From positions 377,351-441,350 of the forward strand of contig JADKAC010000002.1 in the NCBI GenBank assembly GCA_016715425.1: DNA of 64,000 bases, read 5' to 3'. Below, piece after piece: positions 58,021 to 64,000 of this stretch (position 1 is its first letter; every line of letters begins with the position of its first letter). This DNA comes from Bacteroidota bacterium. Lineage in GTDB: Bacteria > Bacteroidota > Bacteroidia > Chitinophagales > BACL12. The translations under genes and the position numbers were made by a program. Below the pieces are notes generated by a model. The model worked only from the letters and a program-made list of their open reading frames with translations. It searched no databases and was not told the DNA's origin.

Positions 58021-58359
58021 ATGGAAAGAGAAAATTATTATCACGCAAAAGACTTAAAAAAATTCGGAAATATCTCAGATTGGGATAAAGAATTAGGAAA
58101 AGCATTTTTCGATTATTATGGAAAAGTATTTGAAGAAGGCGCACTCACCCAACGTGAAAAATCATTAATTGCTTTAGCAGTTGCACACGCTATTCAATGT
58201 CCGTATTGCATTGATGCTTATACAGTGGATAGTTTAGAAAAAGGTGTTGATGAAGAACAAATGATGGAAGCGGTGCATGTTGCCGCTGCAATCCGAGGAG
58301 GCGCATCTTTAGTGCACAGCACACAAATGATGAATCGCTTTAAAGAAGTAACAATGTAG
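58021..58359 (+). CDS. AhpD/carboxymuconolactone decarboxylase-like protein (arsenosugar-associated peroxidase-like family)
   Basis: 112 aa from ATG 58021. AhpD-like core REKSLIALAVAHAIQCPYCIDAY with a CxxC motif. Confidence 0.8.
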   Translation: MERENYYHAKDLKKFGNISDWDKELGKAFFDYYGKVFEEGALTQREKSLIALAVAHAIQCPYCIDAYTVDSLEKGVDEEQMMEAVHVAAAIRGGASLVHSTQMMNRFKEVTM

Positions 58360-58416
58360 GTAAATGAATTACAGACGTATTAAAATTTTCTTTTTTTATT
58401 AAAAATTTCATATCGC

Positions 58417-59475
58417 ATGTCTATACAAAAATCATTGCATAAACAACATCATAAGCTTGCAGATAATGCATATCAATTAAAAGTGCTGGATACACATGAA
58501 GTACTTACCATTGATCTCCCAAAATTTGAAAGCAAACTAAAAGAGCATCAGATATTTCCATTGACACCTGTAAGAACAGAAATTTTTCAAGTGAATGTTG
58601 GATACATGTGCAATCAAACCTGTGCGCATTGCCATGTAGATGCAGGTCCTGATCGCAAGGAAATTATGACACGAGAAACAATGCAGCAATGTATAGATGT
58701 GTTGGCTGCAACGGATATTCCCACAGTTGATTTAACTGGTGGTGCTCCAGAAATGAATCCTGATTTCAGATGGTTTGTTGAAGAAATTTCTAAGCTTAAC
58801 AGGAAAATTTTAGTGCGATGTAATCTCACAATTATTCTTGCAAATAAAAAATATCATGATCTGCCGGAATTTTTTAAACTGCACAAAGTTGAAGTGATTT
58901 CATCCTTACCTTATTACAATAAATCAAGAACGGATAGCCAACGTGGTGATGGTGTTTTTGAAGCGAGTATTCAGGCATTACAAATGTTGAATAACATAGG
59001 TTATGGCAAACCGGATTCTGATTTAATATTAAACTTAGTGTATAATCCGGGCGGTGCATTTTTACCCGGTTCACAATTAATGTTAGAACAACAATTTAAA
59101 AAAGAGCTGAAGAAAAATTTTGATATAGAGTTTAATAGTTTGTTTTGTATGACCAATTTGCCTATTAGTAGATATTTAGATTATCTGATTGAATCGGGCA
59201 ACTATGAATCTTATATGGAAAAATTAGTGAATGCATTTAATCCCGGTGCTGCATTAAATGTAATGTGTCGCAATACAATTTCTGTTGGTTGGGAAGGAAC
59301 AATTTACGATTGTGATTTTAATCAAATGTTAGGTCTTAAAGTAGATGCAAATGCTCCTCAGCACATTAATGAATTTGATATTGAAAAGTTAAAGAATCGT
59401 CAAATCGTTTTTAATCAACATTGTTATGGATGCACTGCAGGTGCAGGTTCCAGTTGTGGAGGAGCCGTTGCATGA
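58417..59475 (+). CDS. arsS: radical SAM / Cys-rich domain protein, ArsS-type
   Basis: Cluster motif CNQTCAHC (58609-58632) and Cys-rich C-terminal tail CYGCTAGAGSSCGG (within 59422-59472). Flanked by DUF2064, AhpD-like and arsM genes. Confidence 0.85.
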   Translation: MSIQKSLHKQHHKLADNAYQLKVLDTHEVLTIDLPKFESKLKEHQIFPLTPVRTEIFQVNVGYMCNQTCAHCHVDAGPDRKEIMTRETMQQCIDVLAATDIPTVDLTGGAPEMNPDFRWFVEEISKLNRKILVRCNLTIILANKKYHDLPEFFKLHKVEVISSLPYYNKSRTDSQRGDGVFEASIQALQMLNNIGYGKPDSDLILNLVYNPGGAFLPGSQLMLEQQFKKELKKNFDIEFNSLFCMTNLPISRYLDYLIESGNYESYMEKLVNAFNPGAALNVMCRNTISVGWEGTIYDCDFNQMLGLKVDANAPQHINEFDIEKLKNRQIVFNQHCYGCTAGAGSSCGGAVA

Positions 59476-60083
59476 CACATAAGAATGCATTGATTATTAT
59501 GATAAAAAATCCGGTGAAAGGGAAAGTAAAAACCCGTTTAACTAAAGACATCGGAGAGGAACAAGCATTGTTTGTTTACAATAAATTATTGCAGCATACT
59601 TGTAAAGTTGCTTCAGAGATTCAGGTTGATCGTTTTGTTTTTTACAGTGATATAATTGATAGAAAGGATCAGTTTATTAATGATGGATTTAAAAAATATG
59701 TGCAGTGTGATGGCGATTTAGGTGTGCGCATGGAATACGCATTTTCAATTCCATTTAAAAATGAATATCATAAAGTTGTAATGATAGGTGCAGATTGTTA
59801 TGATCTCACATCATTACAAATTCAAAATGCGTTTGATGCATTAGACAACAATGATTTTGTAATCGGGCCTGCAAAAGATGGTGGCTATTATCTGATCGGT
59901 ATGAAAAAATGGAACCGTTGGATTTTTAGAGACAAACCATGGAGTACAGAAAAACTTTTAGCAGAAACAAGAAATGCTATTCAGGAAAATAACGGAAAGC
60001 TATTTTTGTTAGATCCTCTCACCGATATTGATACAATTACTGAATTAAATAACTACCCGGAACTAACAAAACCTACCTCATAA
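59472..60083 (+). CDS. DUF2064 family protein (arsenosugar-associated glycosyltransferase-like family)
   Basis: ALIIMIKNPVKGKVKTRL N-terminus and GPAKDGGYYLIGM. ATGA overlap with the arsS stop. Confidence 0.85.
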   Translation: MTHKNALIIMIKNPVKGKVKTRLTKDIGEEQALFVYNKLLQHTCKVASEIQVDRFVFYSDIIDRKDQFINDGFKKYVQCDGDLGVRMEYAFSIPFKNEYHKVVMIGADCYDLTSLQIQNAFDALDNNDFVIGPAKDGGYYLIGMKKWNRWIFRDKPWSTEKLLAETRNAIQENNGKLFLLDPLTDIDTITELNNYPELTKPTS

Positions 60084-60089
60084 TTATAT

Positions 60090-61169
60090 ATGGAAATTCT
60101 TCTAATTATTAGTGCACTATTTCTCGCATATTCAAATGGTGCAAATGATAATTTCAAAGGAGTTTCCACATTGTTTGGAAGTGGTACAAGTAATTTTATT
60201 ATTTCAATTGGCTGGGGCACTATCAGTACTTTACTCGGAAGCATATTTGCAATTTATTTAGCACATGGTCTTATGCAGAATTTTTCTGGCAAGGGATTAA
60301 TTCCTGATGAATCGTTAAAGGACCCCGCTATTGCCACTGCCGTAGCTCTTGGTGCAGCAGTAACTGTTTTCTTTGCAACAAAAATTGGTCTTCCAATTTC
60401 AACAACTCATGCCATAGTTGGTGCTTTGGTAGGTGCAGGTTTTATGGCCGTTGGCAACGCATTAAATTTAAGTCAACTTACATATACTTTTTTACTTCCG
60501 CTATTAGTAAGTCCTTTTATTGCTTGTTTTGCGAGTATATTTCTCTATTTATTATTTCGCCGATTGCGTTTGTTTTTGAAGATTGATAAAGACACACATT
60601 TTATTGCCAATCCACCAATAAAAAATGTAAATCAATTTATGGCTCCTGGAGTTTCTGTTCAACAAATTGAAGTAGAAAAATACACCGGCGATATAGTCGG
60701 TATTTCTGCACAAAAATTATTAGATGCATTTCATTTTATTTCAGCAGGTGCTGTAGGTTTTGCCCGAGGCATGAATGATGCACCAAAAATTGCAGGTTTA
60801 CTATTGCTAATTCATTTTTTTAGTGTACCATTAATTATTGTACTCGTTGCTGTTGCTATGGCAATTGGAGGTTTATTACATGCAAAGAAAGTAGCTATTA
60901 CTATGAGTAAGAAAATTACAAGTATGAATGCTGGTCAGGGCTTTACATCAAACTTAGTTACAGCAGTTTTAGTTTGGACAGCAAGTATTAGTGGGATGCC
61001 TGTTTCAACAACTCATGTATCTGTAGGTGGAATTTTTGGAATAGGCATATCAAATAAAAAAGTGGATTATAAAATGGTTGGTAAGATAATAGGTTCATGG
61101 GTAATTACATTACCATTAGCCGCAATTCTTTCTGCTATAATTTATTTATGCATTCAATTTATCTTTTAA
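60090..61169 (+). CDS. PiT (PHO4) family inorganic phosphate/arsenate-type transporter
   Basis: Duplicated signature GANDNFKG (N-half) and GMNDAPKI (C-half). About 10 TM segments. Starts 6 nt after the DUF2064 gene. Confidence 0.85.
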   Translation: MEILLIISALFLAYSNGANDNFKGVSTLFGSGTSNFIISIGWGTISTLLGSIFAIYLAHGLMQNFSGKGLIPDESLKDPAIATAVALGAAVTVFFATKIGLPISTTHAIVGALVGAGFMAVGNALNLSQLTYTFLLPLLVSPFIACFASIFLYLLFRRLRLFLKIDKDTHFIANPPIKNVNQFMAPGVSVQQIEVEKYTGDIVGISAQKLLDAFHFISAGAVGFARGMNDAPKIAGLLLLIHFFSVPLIIVLVAVAMAIGGLLHAKKVAITMSKKITSMNAGQGFTSNLVTAVLVWTASISGMPVSTTHVSVGGIFGIGISNKKVDYKMVGKIIGSWVITLPLAAILSAIIYLCIQFIF

Positions 61170-61204
61170 TCAATTTAAAATACTTTTATTTAAATACATT
61201 CAAA

Positions 61205-62179
61205 ATGTCAACAACATATTTAGAAACCACAAGAAATGTTTACAAAGAAGCAGCCGAAAATCCACAGAAAGGATTGTGTTGCACAACAACACCAGTATGG
61301 CAATTGCCGGAATTAGTGATTCCTCAAAAAATGCTCGAAATGAATTATGGATGTGGCAGCACGGTAAATCCAAGAGATTTAATAAATAATCCAACAATCA
61401 TGTATGTAGGTGTTGGAGGCGGAATGGAGTTACTACAATTTGCTTATTTCAATCGCAAAAATGGTGGCGTGATAGGAATAGATGTAGTAGAAGAAATGCT
61501 TTCTGTTTGCGATGAAAATTTAATTGAAGCAGAAAAACTCAATCCATGGTTTAAACGTGAATTTGTTGAATTGCGAAAAGGAGATGCATTTAAATTACCC
61601 GTTGTAGAAAATTCAATAGATATCGCAGCACAAAATTGTTTGTTCAATATTTTTACTGATATGGATTTAAATAAAGCGTTGGGAGAAATGTACCGAGTAT
61701 TAAAAAAACATGGCAGATTAGTAATGAGTGATCCAATCTGTGAGCAGTCAATACCAAATAATTTGCGTGACGATGAAAAACTAAGGGCCTTATGTTTAAG
61801 TGGTTCTTTGCCATTGAATGAATATATTAATCGAATCACATCTATTGGATTTGGAACAATTGAAGTGCGAGCTAAAAGACCTTATCGCATTCTTGATCCT
61901 GGCCATTATAATACACCTGAATTAATTTATATTGAGAGTGCAGAAATTTGCGCTATAAAAGATCCAATGCTAAATGACGGCCCCTGTGTTTTTACAGGTA
62001 AAACAGCAATTTATTTTGGTGATGCAGATTATTTTGACGACAAGAAAGGACACATCTTAATGCCAAATCAACCATTATCTATTTGTGATAAAACTGCCTT
62101 GCAATTTCAAACTTTGGATCGAAAAGATATTTTCATTTCAGAATCTACATGGTTCTATGACGGTGGTGGTGGTTGTTAA
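61205..62179 (+). CDS. arsM: SAM-dependent methyltransferase, ArsM-type arsenite methyltransferase
   Basis: N-terminal GLCC pair, YGCGS, SAM motif I VGVGGGMEL, further Cys residues (CLSGS, GPC) and a C-terminal GGGGC. Start at ATG 61205. Confidence 0.8.
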   Translation: MSTTYLETTRNVYKEAAENPQKGLCCTTTPVWQLPELVIPQKMLEMNYGCGSTVNPRDLINNPTIMYVGVGGGMELLQFAYFNRKNGGVIGIDVVEEMLSVCDENLIEAEKLNPWFKREFVELRKGDAFKLPVVENSIDIAAQNCLFNIFTDMDLNKALGEMYRVLKKHGRLVMSDPICEQSIPNNLRDDEKLRALCLSGSLPLNEYINRITSIGFGTIEVRAKRPYRILDPGHYNTPELIYIESAEICAIKDPMLNDGPCVFTGKTAIYFGDADYFDDKKGHILMPNQPLSICDKTALQFQTLDRKDIFISESTWFYDGGGGC

Positions 62180-62232
62180 TATTTACCAATTTGAATTGCA
62201 CATCTTAACTTCGGCCTTCAATTAATTATGCA

Positions 62233-63345
62233 TTGAATAAAGGAGTATTTACTTATCGAAATATTTTAAGTGCTATTGGCATTGCTTTCGGCATCTGGTT
62301 TATTTGGAATTTTTATGTCATCATCAGTTATTTTTTAATGGCTGCGGTGGTTTCACTTTTGGGAAAGCGCATTGTAAGACTATTAGATAAAATACATTTT
62401 GGAAAATATAAATTACCAAGATGGCTTTCTGCTTTATTTGCATTGGCAGTTATTATTGCAGGTATCGTTGGAATACAAATGCTTTTTATACCACTTATTA
62501 TTGAACAGGCGCAAGTAATTGGAAGTATAGACACACAAGAAGTTGCTGCCGGTTTAGGTCCCTGGTTTCATCAACTTGAAGATTTTATTTTGCAATTTCA
62601 AAATAATCCTGACACCACTTATACCTCCTTAATAGATATGTTGTCTGCACAACTTAATGCTTGGATAACCATGACTTCAGTATCAAATATTTTTAGCAAC
62701 ATCTTAGTAAGTCTGGGAAGTATTATTACGGCAATATTCTCTGTCGCCTTTATATCTTTTTTCTTTTTGAGTGATGATAAATTATTTTCTAAGATTCTAA
62801 TCGGTATTACACCCACTCGTTTTGAAGAAAAAGCAATTCGCATAATGAACCGCAGCGAAAAAACATTAACCCGTTATTTTACAGGACTTATTATACAATC
62901 CACAATAGTTTTTATATTAATTATTATAGGATTTTCGATTGCCGGATATAAATACGCAATGCTTATAGCCTTCTTTTGTGCTATTGTAAATATCATTCCT
63001 TATCTGGGTCCGATTATAGGAACCCTGTTTGCTTTGCTTGTCACCACCACCAGTCAATTTGCGACGAATCCAGATGCCAATTTGGGGGGTATAATTGTTA
63101 CAATTGTGGCAATTTGCCAAGGTGTTCAATTGATTGATAATTATATTTCTCAACCATTAATTTTTTCAAATAGTCTAAATACACACCCTCTGGAAATATT
63201 TACCATCGTACTTATTTTCGGATCCATGGCAGGTATCATTGGGATGATAATAGCAGTGCCTGCTTACATTTTCATACGAATTATTGCCCGTGAATTTTTC
63301 AGCGAAATTAAAATTGTTAAGAATTTAACACAGGGCATGGAATAA
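62233..63345 (+). CDS. AI-2E family (PerM-like) transporter
   Basis: 8 TM segments. NIIPYLGPIIG motif typical of AI-2E/UPF0118. TTG start. Confidence 0.85.
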   Translation: MNKGVFTYRNILSAIGIAFGIWFIWNFYVIISYFLMAAVVSLLGKRIVRLLDKIHFGKYKLPRWLSALFALAVIIAGIVGIQMLFIPLIIEQAQVIGSIDTQEVAAGLGPWFHQLEDFILQFQNNPDTTYTSLIDMLSAQLNAWITMTSVSNIFSNILVSLGSIITAIFSVAFISFFFLSDDKLFSKILIGITPTRFEEKAIRIMNRSEKTLTRYFTGLIIQSTIVFILIIIGFSIAGYKYAMLIAFFCAIVNIIPYLGPIIGTLFALLVTTTSQFATNPDANLGGIIVTIVAICQGVQLIDNYISQPLIFSNSLNTHPLEIFTIVLIFGSMAGIIGMIIAVPAYIFIRIIAREFFSEIKIVKNLTQGME

Positions 63346-63362
63346 ATGTGAATAAGAAAAAA

Positions 63363-63390
63363 TACATTTGCACGGCTGCAAATATATTTG
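63363..63390 (+). promoter_or_regulatory. two tandem candidate -7 boxes (TACATTTG at 63363-63370, TATATTTG at 63383-63390)
   Basis: Both exact TAnnTTTG, 20 bp apart, about 120-140 nt upstream of the ATG at 63513. Confidence 0.35.
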
Positions 63391-63512
63391 CCGCCTTCTC
63401 CTCGTCACACCACACAAATTTAAGAGAGTACCCAAATTAAGTAAGACTATAGTTTTACAAAACCTTATTGGACACACGCACAATATTGCTTAACCCTAAA
63501 TATTGATTAATT

Positions 63513-64000
63513 ATGTCTAGCCAGTTTTTTGTAAAATGCGCAATGTATCTATGTAGTTTTTTAATTATAACCAACATTGCAGCTCAATCATCAGAAATTA
63601 TTAAACCTGTTGCTCGGGAAATTTCCGAAAGCAAACTCAAAAAAGATTTCAGTAAAATAGAAATCTTTAATCCATTTACTCCTTCCACCGAACGAGTAAT
63701 GCAAACCGATGCATTTGCAACTAATATCACCTTCACTACTGTGGATGCAGGTGTTCTTGAATCATTATATAATGAAAAGAAAGATGCAATATCATTGTCA
63801 ATACCTTATAGAGATGAAGTATTGGAATTAGAGCTTATACAAGTGCATATATTGTCTTCGGGATTTAAAGTAACAAGTGCCTTAGGTGGTGACGAAGCTT
63901 ATAACCCGGGAATTTATTATAGAGGGATAATAAAAGATGATCCCAATTCTATAGTAGCAATTAGTATTTTCCAAAATGAAATTTTTGGAGTTGCCTCTTC
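63513..64000 (+). CDS. hypothetical secreted protein, N-terminal part only (runs off the window)
   Basis: ATG at 63513. Signal peptide ...LIITNIAAQS. Open frame to the window end. Possibly the propeptide region of a secreted metalloprotease, but not supportable from this fragment. Confidence 0.6.
   Translation, partial: MSSQFFVKCAMYLCSFLIITNIAAQSSEIIKPVAREISESKLKKDFSKIEIFNPFTPSTERVMQTDAFATNITFTTVDAGVLESLYNEKKDAISLSIPYRDEVLELELIQVHILSSGFKVTSALGGDEAYNPGIYYRGIIKDDPNSIVAISIFQNEIFGVAS

Noticed and set aside
58417-59475. Selenocysteine recoding in the ArsS-type radical SAM protein
   Set aside because: The Cys-rich tail is encoded with TGT/TGC codons and the ORF ends at a normal TGA. That stop overlaps the next ATG, and there is no in-frame internal TGA or downstream extension, so this is the Cys version.

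Overview
AT-rich chromosomal segment with clear Bacteroidota hallmarks: a PorP/SprF T9SS gene, T9SS C-terminal sorting domains, TAnnTTTG -7 promoter boxes close to start codons, and no visible Shine-Dalgarno sites. About 66 protein genes and one tRNA(CAU) are packed with short intergenic gaps. No rRNA, CRISPR array, integrase, transposase or prophage genes were seen. Most of the window is housekeeping: cysCDN sulfate activation, sucAB, prfA, lpxH, rlmN, rbfA, pepD, meaB, ABC/Lol-type transporters and OM beta-barrels. Four things stand out. (1) A 57.2-63.3 kb same-strand locus matches the organoarsenical (arsenosugar-type) biosynthesis gene set: radical SAM ArsS, ArsM, two DUF2064 proteins and an AhpD-like CxxC protein, with PiT and AI-2E transporters embedded and no ars resistance genes. 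(2) A translationally coupled mevalonate-pathway operon at 46.8-52.0 kb has type-2 IDI, class II HMG-CoA reductase, a GYDIA-motif GHMP kinase, a decarboxylase and a second GHMP kinase. (3) A 1293-aa secreted protein combines MORN-variant repeats, TPRs and a CHAT domain. (4) Three intergenic repeat blocks each begin just after a stop codon: one of long G.U-dependent hairpin units, two of 7-8 nt word-stutter arrays. All functional calls come from motif recognition in the supplied translations; no database search was possible.
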